A stretch of 64,000 bases of DNA from Histomonas meleagridis 2922-C6/04-290x (GCA_020184695.1 JAANOX010000126.1:124001-188000); one strand, 5' to 3'; positions 47,883-59,648 are shown, numbered from the stretch's first letter. Translations and numbers: made by a program. The notes: generated by a model from the sequence alone, not told the origin.

Positions 47883-48473
47883 ATGAAGCCAAAAGTTTGT
47901 AAAATAATAGTATTGGGTGATTCTGGTGTTGGAAAGACAACTATTATCAATATGTATATCAATGATGAATTTAGAGCCGATTTTAAGTCGACAATAGGAG
48001 CAGACTTTTCATCAAAAGTTATTGAAATTGGTAAAGAAAATGTTGAATTACAAATATGGGACACTGCGGGACAGGAAAGATTTTTTACTGTTGGCAATGC
48101 TTTCTTTCGTGGTACAGATGCTTGTATTATTGTATACGACATCTCACAACGGGAATCATTTAATCACCTTCAAACATGGATGGATGACTTATATATAAAA
48201 AGCGGAATACCGTCTAATGAAAAATTTCCATTTATGATTTTTGGAAACAAAACAGATTTAGGTGAACGTAGAGAAGTACAACAGAGCGAGCTTGAGCAAT
48301 GGTGCAAAGGCAAAGATATACCTTTTTTTGAAGTTTGTGCTAAAAATGGGGAAAATATTGAAAAAGGCTTTATCGCTTTAAGCAAAATTTTCCTTGCATC
48401 TCGCGCCCAAAGGCCATCTATTAACACCATCACAATCAAAATGCATGAAGATCAATCCAGATGTCAATGTTAA
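47883..48473 (+). CDS. Rab7-like GTPase
   Basis: GDSGVGKT, FKSTIGADF, WDTAGQERF, FFRGTDAC, GNKTD; C-terminal CQC. Confidence 0.92.
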   Translation: MKPKVCKIIVLGDSGVGKTTIINMYINDEFRADFKSTIGADFSSKVIEIGKENVELQIWDTAGQERFFTVGNAFFRGTDACIIVYDISQRESFNHLQTWMDDLYIKSGIPSNEKFPFMIFGNKTDLGERREVQQSELEQWCKGKDIPFFEVCAKNGENIEKGFIALSKIFLASRAQRPSINTITIKMHEDQSRCQC

Positions 48474-48646
48474 AATTTAAAAATCGTTAATAAATAATAC
48501 TAGTGTATCGCATTTCAAAGGTTTTACTATGCTATTGTTTATTTGTTATTTTTTAATGATATTATTAATAATATGAAGGAAAAATAAACGTTTTAGGGCA
48601 CCTTATTTAAGTTGGTCAAACAGACCTTTCGAAAAATAATTAGAAA

Positions 48647-49372
48647 ATGTCTTCAACAGCGGATCGCTTTATCACAATCTTTTCACCAGAAGGACGTCTT
48701 TGGCAAGTTGAATATGCTTACAAAGCAGTTAAACAAGCGGAAGTTACTGCAATTGCTGCAAAAGGCAAAGAAAGTGTTATTGTTGCTGTACAAAAGAAAG
48801 TTCAAGACAAACTCATTGATCCATCAACAGTCACCCATATGTTCAAAATCACTGATCATGTTGGTGCATGTCTTGTTGGTCTTACTTCTGATGTTTATTA
48901 TATTTGCAGAAGACTCCGTTATGAGGCAGCTTTATTTGAGCATAAGAATGGCCTTGAAATTCCTGTATCTATTTTAGCAGGAAGATTATCTGAAATTCAT
49001 CAAATAGAATCACAATACTCATCTGCTCGTCCAACAGCAGTTTCAGCTATTATTTTTGGTTTTGAGCCATCTAAAAGCGATTTTGATCTCTATAAAATTG
49101 ATCCATCTGGAGTTTCATGCGGTTACAAAGCTGTTTCATGTGGCGTTAAAGAAAATGAAGGTTTAAGTACCCTTGAAAAGAAGATACATCCAATGGAAAC
49201 TACAAAGGACAATGCTGAATTTGTTGTTTCTACACTTCAAACAGTTGTTGGAGCCGATTTCGATCCCAAAGAAATCGAAGTTGCAATTATAACCAGAGAA
49301 AACACAAGATATCGTCTCATGGACGAAGAAGAAATTAATGCAATTCTTACAGCTGTTGCTGAAAAAGATTAA
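48647..49372 (+). CDS. PSMA6: 20S proteasome subunit alpha type-6 (alpha1)
   Basis: DRFITIFSPEGRLWQVEYAYKAV; KKVQDKLIDPSTVTHMFKIT. Confidence 0.9.
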   Translation: MSSTADRFITIFSPEGRLWQVEYAYKAVKQAEVTAIAAKGKESVIVAVQKKVQDKLIDPSTVTHMFKITDHVGACLVGLTSDVYYICRRLRYEAALFEHKNGLEIPVSILAGRLSEIHQIESQYSSARPTAVSAIIFGFEPSKSDFDLYKIDPSGVSCGYKAVSCGVKENEGLSTLEKKIHPMETTKDNAEFVVSTLQTVVGADFDPKEIEVAIITRENTRYRLMDEEEINAILTAVAEKD

Positions 49373-49448
49373 TCAGTAAAGCATATTTTAAAATCAAAGC
49401 CACTTTCAAGTAAACAATTCAAAAAATCGTTGTATCTTTTGTAACTTA

Positions 49449-51176
49449 ATGAATGATGAGCAAATGGTTATTCAGTTTCAAAACGAAGTCCAAAAGTTTA
49501 AAACTTTGTTTCAAAATTATCCAAAAAAAGATGTGTTTTTACGAGAGCTAATCATAAATGCATCGGAGGCTTGTGATCAAGTTTTATATCTTGCAAAAAA
49601 AGAAAATAACTCAGAAATTTTAGACATTCAAAAAGAATTATTTATAAAAGTTATACCAAATAAAAAAAATCTCTGTTTATCTATTCTCGATTCAGGTGTT
49701 GGCATGAAAAAATCAAATCTGGCAAATCTATTTTCGATTCAAGGGCATGGATTAAACCTTCTAATCAGTTCTTTTGAGGAATATCAAAACTTTTCACTGT
49801 TAGAACAAATTAGGTCTTTTATCGATATTTCTTGTATCCAAACGAGTTATAATTACAACGCATGCATTTGGAGATTGCCAATACATTTTAGAATGTTCAG
49901 CTTCTGATCCTTTTTTCATCATCAAGCAAGATTACCAAGGACCAGATTTAATTCGTGGAACACGAGTCGACTTATATCTTAATTCAAACTCGCTAATATT
50001 TCTTGAAGATACTTATCTTATTGATCTAATTCAATCTCATTATGATTGGATTATCTATCCAATTTATCTCCAAACCGAAAGCTTTACAAGGCACCTTAAT
50101 TCCATGTTATTTTGGGTACAAAATCCAGCACAACTCAGAAGATGATTACTTTCGATTTTACAAATCTCTAACAAACGATAACAACGGTTATTTGGTGGTT
50201 AGTCACTATGAAGATAAACATACAGAGTTTTCTTTTACGGCGTGTATTTTTGTACCTAAACAAAATATCCAACAAAAAATTATTAAACTATATATTAGAC
50301 ATGAATTTTATGCTGATCTTTTAGAAATTGTACCTGAATATTTACAATTTTTAGTTATTATTATTGATGTACAGGATGCAAGCAAAACGATTCCTAAAGA
50401 AAGATTCGTGAAATCCAAATGTTTTAAGGTTATGAAAAATCGACTCACAAAAAAATCAATTGAACTTTTAAATCAAATATCTAAAAATGGAACTGATTTA
50501 GAAATTTTTTATAAGAATATATCACTTGGAATATACGAAGATTCACAAAACAAAAACGAACTTGTGAAGTTGCTCAGATTCAAAACAAATCAAAATGTTC
50601 GAATTTCATTAGAAAATTATGTCTCAAGGATGAAACCATATCAAACGAAAATTTATTGGACATGTGAAGAAGAAGAGAATTCTCCAATGATGGAATACTT
50701 CGATTCTAAAGGAATTGAAGTTATATTTGCAAAAGGGAATTATGAAACTTTAAGCTTAAATTGCACACATAGATTTAATAACTATCAGCTGATTGGTGTT
50801 GTTGGGGATTTATGGGAAACTGAAGATGATGAATATGAAAAAAATGTAAAATGTGATGAAATTTCTTTAAAAAGAAATAATTGGCGGCAATTGTGGAGAT
50901 GTTATTGTTTCAAAACGTCTTGCGAAGACAAAGTGTATAATAATTGATAAAAAGAAAAGTTATACAGATGGGCTAATGAACATGATAAAATCGCAAGCAA
51001 TGATTGAAGGGATTGATGTTGAGTTAATTTTACCAAAGAAAATTTTGGAAATAAATGTAAATAATGACGAAATGGTTGAATTGTTAAGGAAATTGAAGGA
51101 AAACAAAACCAATGAAGCAGTTGTTAGCGAAGTCATAAAACTCTGGGAAAATGCTCCATCATTTCCCAGCCCCTGA
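49449..51176 (+). pseudogene. HSP90: Divergent, shortened HSP90-like gene with three single-base frameshifts
   Basis: VFLRELIINASEA, DSGVGM, RGT, FYKSLTND, LLRFKT, ISLENYVSRMKPYQ, KKILEIN; frameshifts near 49809, 50130 and 50870. Confidence 0.75.
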
Positions 51177-52206
51177 TATTGAAACCTTGAAGATTTAAAA
51201 CCGTGATTTGTTATTCAAATATTTTACGGTTATAAACTTTTTGGATGAAAAATAATCGTCGGTAGAAGAAAATATGTTATAACATATACATGCATATTCT
51301 AACAACTTTTTCTCAAAATTCAGCAGAAGAATCTCAATAAAACTATGATATCATTTCAATCAAATCATCATAATCATATTTGAAAATAAAGAAGAAAAAA
51401 GGGTCAATTTTTTTTTATACTTGATTTAAATATTGCTTTTTTAGTTAAAAATGAAATATGCATCTTTTGGTGTACTAAGAATAAAAGCAAGAAATCATAA
51501 TTCTATATGTAAATTTATCAATGCCACTAAAAGAATTAACTTGTTAGGTTACTCAAAAGCGAATTCATAAAAACAGTGATCAGACACAGGATAAATAATT
51601 TTGGAAAAATTATACAGCTTGATAGCACTTTTTATGAAAAATTTAAATGGTTTATTATACTCAATTGAAAGGTTTATTTACTTAATTGTAAAAGATCCAC
51701 TTTTTGAAGTTTCATGAACGAAATTAGGAATTTCTGAAAAAAACATAATAAAAATAATGGTGCTGTATGCAGAATGTAGTACATTACGTTGAACCCATCT
51801 TCTCAATCTCATATATGAGGAAGACAAAAAATAAATCAATCTGGAAGAAAATATTGTGCTTGGACAAAGAAAGAAGATAAAAAACAGAAAGATTTAAGCA
51901 GCGGCTTTGGCAGTGATCTCAATAAATTAATGAAATATTATCATTATCGCTCTCCAGAGTAAAAAAATAAAAATAACAAGAATGAACGTTAAGTAAAATT
52001 ATTAACTTTACCTCGCTATTATTTGTAAGTACAATTGGTCGGAATTACTCTGAAAACTTTTTGTATATAAATTTTGACAGCTGGCAAACGTCTATCAAAA
52101 AGTTGTTAATAGTCATTCAAATTTGTCAGTAATTTTTCCAACCTGTCGAATACAATACGTATTCAAATTTGTGTGGGCAGAAACGGTTTTAAATTTCATC
52201 ACTATC

Positions 52207-52689
52207 ATGGATGGAAGCAATGGTTTCTTCTCTGATTTTGACTTCGATGGTAACCTTATCTTCCGAGACCAATCCAGTGATGATTTTTTTTCTATCCGAG
52301 AAAAAAACAACACATTTCCGCGTGAAGAAAATGCACCTCCTCAAGAAGAAAGTGTTACTGCTCCTATCAAACACGTCTCTGATAGCAAAAGAAAAAGGAG
52401 AAATCCGTATCATCATAACCCAAAATTCGACTACAAATCATCCAACATATATCAAGTTTTCAAAGAGAATGGCTGGGACAAACTAGTCTTTTCAGACGTA
52501 TCCAAAATCGGGAAAATGTTTTCGGATTATTTGCAAAAAGACTTAAGTCGCGATGCAAAGAGAGAAAAGACGCATTTATTCAAATGGTTTGAAGACAATT
52601 TTGAGGAAATTCAGCCACTTATTCCTTACGTAGAAATAATCTATGAGGAAATATCTATTACCGTGTGTTTAAATATTACTATCCCATGA
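52207..52689 (+). CDS. Hypothetical protein with basic helical C-terminal domain (RDAKREKTHLFKWFEDN)
   Basis: ATG at 52207; ORF with acidic N-terminus and basic/aromatic C-terminal domain. Confidence 0.7.
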   Translation: MDGSNGFFSDFDFDGNLIFRDQSSDDFFSIREKNNTFPREENAPPQEESVTAPIKHVSDSKRKRRNPYHHNPKFDYKSSNIYQVFKENGWDKLVFSDVSKIGKMFSDYLQKDLSRDAKREKTHLFKWFEDNFEEIQPLIPYVEIIYEEISITVCLNITIP

Positions 52690-52746
52690 TTTTTAATATT
52701 TTATATAATGCAAAATTTCGATTTATGTGTATTCTTTATTAACATA

Positions 52747-53718
52747 TTATTCGTTACTTATTCTTATAAAAGGAGGATAAACAACTTCCAACCAATTACT
52801 AAGTAATCCTTTATCATACATATTCGTCACTTCTTTATTCTTTTTGCGTTCTTCTTTATATAAATATAGTTCACAAGAGGTCAAATTTTTGGATATTAAA
52901 TATATCTGTCGAATAATTAACGAGAAAAAAGTAACCATTAAAACAAAAATGATTATCGATATTTGTATCGCCCGCGTTTCATATTCCATAAGCAGCTCAA
53001 TATTAGCAATGAAATTACGTAACGTGTTCTTATATGGTAATAACAGAGTCGATTTTAATTGAAGATAATATATGCAAATTATGAAAATGTAACAAAAAAC
53101 AAAAAAATTAGATAGCAAAAAAAGTAGATATAAGCCGGTATTTCGTTCGCCAATGGATTGGAGAACCCATGGGCAATAATGATCATAGCGAGCTATTCGT
53201 TGTTTGGTATATTTGCAAAATCGTGATCGTGGTACAGCAGGAATTAAAAGTTTGGAACATTTGGCGGGATGATAGATAACATTATCATATGGATAATTTT
53301 TCAAATATTCATCAACATTTTCACTTTTGATTATGCCGGGATCAATAAATTGAAAAAGTAAGACAATACCCCATGGAATTAAGATTATAATAAACGTGAA
53401 AAGATGATGGAATTCTGGATTCTGTAAAATTAATGGGTAGCTTGGGAAAATTGTAAATAAGAATATTAAAAGCAAAAAGTGATAAGAAATATAATAAAGA
53501 AGAAGAAACATGTTTTTTAAGGGGCCCTTGTTTCCAAAAATCTTTTCTGGGTTGAAGTTTTTTGATGAATTTTGAAAAAAAGATAAAAAAAAATTTGGAA
53601 CATAATCAAAGAAAAAATATGATAACTTGTTTTGATTTTCCTCTTCGAATTTCCCATAATTTAACATGGCATATATTAAAAGAAAAATGAAAACTCCCTG
53701 AAGAAAGAGAAAAATCAT
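52747..53718 (-). CDS. DHHC-family palmitoyltransferase (DHYC variant)
   Basis: DPG, PRSRFC, RYDHYCPWV...IGERN, NLTSCE, YDKG; four TM segments. Confidence 0.9.
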   Translation of the reverse strand: MIFLFLQGVFIFLLIYAMLNYGKFEEENQNKLSYFFFDYVPNFFLSFFQNSSKNFNPEKIFGNKGPLKNMFLLLYYISYHFLLLIFLFTIFPSYPLILQNPEFHHLFTFIIILIPWGIVLLFQFIDPGIIKSENVDEYLKNYPYDNVIYHPAKCSKLLIPAVPRSRFCKYTKQRIARYDHYCPWVLQSIGERNTGLYLLFLLSNFFVFCYIFIICIYYLQLKSTLLLPYKNTLRNFIANIELLMEYETRAIQISIIIFVLMVTFFSLIIRQIYLISKNLTSCELYLYKEERKKNKEVTNMYDKGLLSNWLEVVYPPFIRISNE

Positions 53719-53802
53719 TTTTAGAAAAACGTTAATTTTATAAAAGTGACATTTAACGGTTTCGCATCAAATGATGCATCAAAACAAATTTCTTTTTTTC
53801 GA

Positions 53803-54410
53803 ATGGATCATTTCGCTAAAGTGATTCATCAGGCGTTCCAAAATAGAATAGAAGCACCACGGAAAATACTTTTTTTTGATGAACAGAATTCTCAAAAAGG
53901 ATTAATTAAAATTATGCCATCAACAGTTAATACTTTATCAATATATTTCGTTGATAATTTTAGAAAAATGGTTAATTTTCAAATTAGACCTTTAGAGAAA
54001 ACAGATACGAATTATGAAGTTTTTGGAAATGATCCAAAAATTCCATTGGTTACATTTGTTAGTCACATCCAAAAGCAAACACAATGTGAATGGCCAAGTT
54101 TTCCTGGTGCGATTGTTTTATTGCAACGCCTTAAGAAAAAACATCCTGAACTTGTTATTAGCATTAACAATATGCATAGGATCTTAATGACTGTGTTATT
54201 GTTATCTAATAAGTTCCTCGAAGATGTTCCTGCAAGTAATGAATCATTTGCGTTAGGTTCTGAAATTTCATTAGTATGTTTATTTTTTAATACCAGAAAG
54301 ACATCTCTGATATCGAAATTGAATTTCTAAATCTCATTGATTTTGATGTTTTCATAACACGTGATGAAATCCAACGAGTTACTCGTTCATGGGGATTTTA
54401 TTTTGATTAA
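53803..54410 (+). CDS. P/U-type (Pho80-like) cyclin with one 23-nt GT-AG intron
   Basis: NMHRILMTVLLLSNKFLED...NESFA; removing 54274-54296 gives ISLKDISDIEIEFLNLIDFDVF, completing the cyclin box. Confidence 0.85.
54274..54296 (+). other. 23-nt spliceosomal intron
   Basis: GTATGTTTATTTTTTAATACCAG; removal restores the frame and the conserved E-x-E-F-L motif. Confidence 0.85.
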
Positions 54411-54572
54411 CAACAAAATCAATGACTTCAATTTCTTTGTTCTAAGAAATAGTATCATAGTTCTTTTAAAAAATAAAATTTTTTTATCTAAAATTGATGT
54501 TGAATTTTGAAATTCAATCATCAAATTAAAAAAAAAAAATTAAAATTTGCTCGTCAAATTAAAAACATTTAT

Positions 54573-55307
54573 TTAATTTTCATCATTCCGCTCGTTTTTT
54601 GTGTGAGGCTCAAAATAATTTTCTGATTTATGAACTGTGAATCCAAACGCCATTTGATTGAATGGGATAAAATCCGATTCTTTGTTTAGCTCACTGAACT
54701 CAAATAGGAAAATGTGTGGAAATGCGGGGCCAAAGTGTGCGCCGTCAATTTTGAATGTATTTGATACATAGATATCATCACATTTTGGGCAAAATAGTTT
54801 TGCCGTGTGACGTTTGGGTGTAAGAGTTGTTCCAACTGGTAATAAATTCTGTTTTTTACATAAGTAGCGTGGACATTGCCAGAAAATTCCGCTTTCATAT
54901 TTTTCTTTCATTTGCGCTAAACCTTTTGGTTGTGTTATCCATCGGGCATGTAAAAGTCCATAGAGTTGTTTTGCTTGAGTTAATATTGAAGCAATATTTT
55001 TATCATTAAAATTAATCCATTGATTTGAATGTGAATCTGTAATCATTTCTAATGCTATATCAAAGTTTGGAATAATTTGCTTTAGTCCATAAGCATTAAA
55101 TAAGTCCCCAGCCCAATCTTTGTCGATTGGAACATACCATTTATTTTCAGGCAATGAACAAAATTGTTGTATCCAAGGTTTGATACTAGAAGGACATACT
55201 TTGCATGGTGCTGCGTATATTGAGAAGCCAGCTAATTGAGTAAGCCTTGGTGTAAAAGTTCTATTTTGATTCACCTTGGATTAACGTTTGGAAATAACGT
55301 AATTCAT
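54573..55307 (-). CDS. CSNK2B: Casein kinase II regulatory beta subunit, with a candidate 24-nt intron near the start
   Basis: WIQQFCSLPENKWY, LYGLLHARWI, CPRYLC...LLPVG...KLFCPKCDDIY, DGAHFG; ATG at 55307 joins the ORF if 55275-55298 is removed. Confidence 0.9.
55275..55298 (-). other. Candidate 24-nt spliceosomal intron
   Basis: GTTATTTCCAAACGTTAATCCAAG contains the only in-frame stop between ATG 55307 and the CK2-beta ORF. Confidence 0.6.
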
Positions 55308-55785
55308 TGAAAATTAGCACTCCAGAATTAAGGCGTTTTGTTTTGCCTTTAATAGTATTACTTAATGTTTTGTAATTATATTAATATAATAAATCAGAAA
55401 AATGGGTTTTAGACAACATTTTCAAGTGAGGATTATGAAATTTTTCAAAAAAATATATTCAGAAAACGAATAGTTTTTGATGAAAAATTTACATATGTTA
55501 CAACTACTATTAGGTATTATTGTCGTATTTTTCATTGACTCGTTTTTCTTCATATTTAGAAATAAGTTCATGTGGAAAATGTGAGTTATCTTTAGTTCTC
55601 AACGTTTGAATGTTGATTCTTCATATATGTTTGAGCTATGTTTGTTCAGTTAAGAAAATAATCGTACATCACATATATATCAAGAATAACCTTTAAAAAA
55701 CCTAATATACCCAAATTCTTAAAAACAATTATTGTAGCTCAAACACTTAAATGTGATGCACAGTTAAGGTCACTTTTATTATCGG

Positions 55786-58410
55786 ATGAAGCATTTGATA
55801 ACACTCGGAGAAATCATTGAAGAAGGAGAAACTATTCTATATAAACAGCCTCACAATCTTTGCTTTGGGCAAATAAGGCAAGAGTGCTCAACGCAAAATA
55901 ACGTCTTTTCATTAATCCATTTAACACAAAATATATCTATTTTTTATGGCTATATAATTGACAATAAAATTTTGGTTGGCCTTCTTCAAAACGATAAAGT
56001 TGTATCAACACAAAATGTTCCAATTCAGTTAGATATGATAATTCCAGAACAAAATTTTGTTATTTATGACAAAGGCATCTTCTATTTTCTAATATGTTGT
56101 CATGTATTTGTCATCACTGACAACCAAATAACACCAATTCAATCCCATTGGGTATCTTCAACAGATGAACCACTTCCATTTCGAAAATTATTTACTGTTG
56201 ATAACCTATCTTTAGCAGAAGTGGAAATGGGACCTATCATGTATCATCCCATTATAATTTCAATGGATTTCGAAGATCAAACATATGTTGTAATTCCACC
56301 ATATTTATATAAAATAACACCTAAACAAAATGAAATCACCTTTAAATGCGTTGATGAGAACCTTGATATTTTTAATCATACTTCTCTTTTGTTACCAGGA
56401 AAAGGTATTTTAACATTAGATAAAATTCGTTCATGTTTTTCTCTATATAATCCAATTACACATCAATTATATAATGCGAAGTTGGATTTCTTTAGTCCAA
56501 ATAAGCCAAATGATCCAATGTTTTTGTGGCTTTACTCAATTGCATTACTTACGAATGAAAGAATCGCTGTTATTAGTACGTGCGTCCCGAATCCCAAAGC
56601 AAACGCAGCTCAGTTGCAAACAAATGTTTTTGAAAATACTCAAAATTTCCAACCAAACTCAAATCAAAATTCGCAATTCGGAGAATCTCATTTCCAAACA
56701 AGTTTTATCCAAACTCCACTAAATCCAAATCTTAGCTCACAGCCAAACGCAAATCAAAATTCACAATTCGAAGAATCTCATTTCCAAACAAGTTTTATCC
56801 AAACTCCACTAAATCCAAATCTTAGCTCACAGCCAAACGCAAATCAAAATTCACAATTCGAAGAATCTCATTTCCAAACAAGTTTTATCCAAACTCCACT
56901 AAATCCAAATCTCAGCTCACAGCCAAACGCAAATCAAAATTCACAATTCGAAGAATCTCATTTCCAAACAAGTTTTATCCAAACTCCACTAAATCCAAAT
57001 CTTAGCTCACAGCCAAACGCAAATCAAAATTCGCAATTCGAAGAATCTCATTTCCAAACAAGTTTTATCCAAACTCCACTAAATCCAAATCTTAGCTCAC
57101 AGCCAAACTCAAATCAAAATTCGCAATTTGAAGAATCTCATTTCCAAACAAGTTTTATCCAAACTCCACTAAATCCAAATCTTAGCTCACAGCCAAACGC
57201 AAACCAAAATTCACAATTCGAAGAATCTCATTTCCAAACTTTTGGAAATTTCCAATTCGAGCCTGTCGACGCGTTCCTGCCGTCACCTGACATCCGTCGC
57301 GTCACGCACGTAGCAAATGTATCAGACGTAAGCTTTGTTTTATCTGATTATGTATATACAAAGCCTCTTCTCGTAAGTTCTTGCACGCAATATACGCCAA
57401 CAGCAAAAGATGGCTTGAAAGAAATCATCAATGCCAACCATCAAATGTATTATCCGATTCCACCATTCCAAAACTATCGAGTTACCAAAGGCTTTGGAGA
57501 CATTCCAACCGTTTTTAAGTCCTCAAATTTCACAGAAGCCTCTCAAACCGAAATACTCACACAAATTGGCGCGCCAGTTTTTCTGTTCTGTAAGGAAGCC
57601 GTTTACGCCGGTTCAGTTGCTGAATCGAGTTTGTTTAAGGCTGTATCTGAGTATGTGAATATACAAATTCATGAAAATCTTGAATTCCCATTTTTGAGGC
57701 CAGAAAAGTTGAAGTTGGAAGACATTAAATGGATTGGAATTGTAGAATATGAAAAACAAGACTTAACAGGTTTATCATCAAAACCAAAATGGAAATTACC
57801 AATTCCAGATAAATATATTGAAGTTAATGACGAAGAGGCAATTGTTGCCATGGACCCACTTCGCAATTATTCATCAGATGAACTTAAATATTTACTAAGG
57901 GTTACGAATTGTTTAGGAGGCAAATGGATACCACAAGCCGACATTGATGACCAAAACTTTGTGAAGTCGCTAATATTTGTACATGAAAATTACCAAAATG
58001 TAATCAATGAAATTCCGAAATTTGATATCTACGAAAGTCATCCAATGAACTTAAATGGGTTTGAAATATGTGGCAGCGTTGGCGTTGACGCTGGAATGGT
58101 CACATTGGTGACAAATTCGCATTTATTTAATTTAAATGATATTGACAACACTCAAAGTGGAAACCGATTTGGCGAATATCTCGTTAAGAATGAGTTCATA
58201 CCTTACATAGATGGCAATGACGAAGAATCACTTGCGAAAAATGAATTGTCGAAATTGTATTCATTAGATTTCAGCGATTCTGGATTTGTCAAATTTAAAC
58301 TGTTTCCCGGAGGTGCGACTGCGGAATCGGGCGGAGGTGACGGAGAATATTATGTTTTGGCGAAGCGCGTGGATGGAAAAGCAGTATGCATAGCCGTGCT
58401 GTTTTATTAA
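55786..58410 (+). CDS. Hypothetical protein with 30-aa tandem repeats and a C-terminal DUF4241-like domain
   Basis: FQTSFIQTPLNPNLSSQPNANQNSQFEESH x ~6; C-terminal VGVDAG...SGGGDGEYYV motifs. Confidence 0.75.
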   Translation: MKHLITLGEIIEEGETILYKQPHNLCFGQIRQECSTQNNVFSLIHLTQNISIFYGYIIDNKILVGLLQNDKVVSTQNVPIQLDMIIPEQNFVIYDKGIFYFLICCHVFVITDNQITPIQSHWVSSTDEPLPFRKLFTVDNLSLAEVEMGPIMYHPIIISMDFEDQTYVVIPPYLYKITPKQNEITFKCVDENLDIFNHTSLLLPGKGILTLDKIRSCFSLYNPITHQLYNAKLDFFSPNKPNDPMFLWLYSIALLTNERIAVISTCVPNPKANAAQLQTNVFENTQNFQPNSNQNSQFGESHFQTSFIQTPLNPNLSSQPNANQNSQFEESHFQTSFIQTPLNPNLSSQPNANQNSQFEESHFQTSFIQTPLNPNLSSQPNANQNSQFEESHFQTSFIQTPLNPNLSSQPNANQNSQFEESHFQTSFIQTPLNPNLSSQPNSNQNSQFEESHFQTSFIQTPLNPNLSSQPNANQNSQFEESHFQTFGNFQFEPVDAFLPSPDIRRVTHVANVSDVSFVLSDYVYTKPLLVSSCTQYTPTAKDGLKEIINANHQMYYPIPPFQNYRVTKGFGDIPTVFKSSNFTEASQTEILTQIGAPVFLFCKEAVYAGSVAESSLFKAVSEYVNIQIHENLEFPFLRPEKLKLEDIKWIGIVEYEKQDLTGLSSKPKWKLPIPDKYIEVNDEEAIVAMDPLRNYSSDELKYLLRVTNCLGGKWIPQADIDDQNFVKSLIFVHENYQNVINEIPKFDIYESHPMNLNGFEICGSVGVDAGMVTLVTNSHLFNLNDIDNTQSGNRFGEYLVKNEFIPYIDGNDEESLAKNELSKLYSLDFSDSGFVKFKLFPGGATAESGGGDGEYYVLAKRVDGKAVCIAVLFY
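56659..57240 (+). repeat. 90-nt coding tandem repeat, ~6.4 copies
   Basis: Near-identical units at period 90. Confidence 0.93.
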
Positions 58411-58569
58411 TAAAAAATGAAATCATTTTTGCTTATTGCAGTACTTAATCAGATGTTTGATGGCGCTGTTTCCAATTATTAACGATCAGAATGTCTGCGT
58501 AAAAGATTATAAACTGAGTGATTATTTAAAAGAATTGTAGAACAGCAACACAACACACAACATTATCTG

Positions 58570-59265
58570 AGAATTAAAAGGTGCATCATCAGATTCGGAA
58601 GTTCGTATCAATGATACAAAGAAATATCAAGAAACCATAGATGCCGAATGGAATGATCATTCAAGACAAGCTCAACACCTGTTTCAACTGTGGCGAATGT
58701 TGTCTTAAATCAAAAGATATTTGGCGACACAGCGACACAGTTATTTGCTGACCACGACATCTTCTGTGAAGGCGTGTACCCGGAGAAGATATGAATTGCA
58801 CAGATAAAGCCACAGGCGGCATAATGCTATTCACAACGACAGACATCCACCAAGAAATACTAAACACATTTGAAGAGCGCCAAGTTTGATAGAAGCGATT
58901 CAATGTATTTGCTGACTGTTAAGGCAAATCTGCTAAAATCGTATTATGTGGTTATGCAAAGCAACCCTTCAAAGAAGCCCCATATAGTATACATAACGCG
59001 ATGATAATGCGCAGGGCTAAGAAGGCAGGAAGAATCGGCGGTGGTGCTGCTGAGACTACATTAACCAAATATTAAATGTGAAGGCAATAAAAATGGATGG
59101 AAAGAGTCAACTCATCAACAAAACATATGCGAATGCAATTGAAAGATTGCCAAGCGCATAATGCTGGATTCGACTCGTTCGAAATATTGAATAAATTGAG
59201 ATTCGCACACGCGAAAGATAACAAACAAATTATGTAGATATAGAGAAAATGAACGTAGTACGGGA
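58570..59265 (+). pseudogene. CCT7: Decayed fragment of chaperonin CCT-eta
   Basis: EYQETIDAEW, GDTATQLFADHDIFCEG, FEERQV**KRFNVF, SIHNAMIMRRA...GGGAAE, GFDSFEILNKLRFAHA; several in-frame stops and frameshifts. Confidence 0.85.
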
Positions 59266-59648
59266 ATGCCCTAACAGCAAAACATTGGTATTTTTCAAAA
59301 TTTTAGCATTGAATAATTTTTCGTTGATTATTTAAAAGAATTCTTTCTGTCGATTGGGAGCTAGAAAATTATGGAAATATATTAATATTCTCATACATGA
59401 AAAAAAAATATTTTTTAATAGACTGTTTATTATCCGAGGTTGTCTCACATAAGATATAAATTTAGACAACCTAAAATATAATATTATAATATTTCACTCA
59501 AATAACACTGCGTTTTAGCATATAATACGAATCTATCAGGCAAAACACAAAACTCGAAATGAATGTTTTGGTAATTATTATAATATAAGTTACCTAAAGT
59601 TGGAACTGTATAAAAATTATTGTGAATTATGTTACAGTTTTGCATAAC

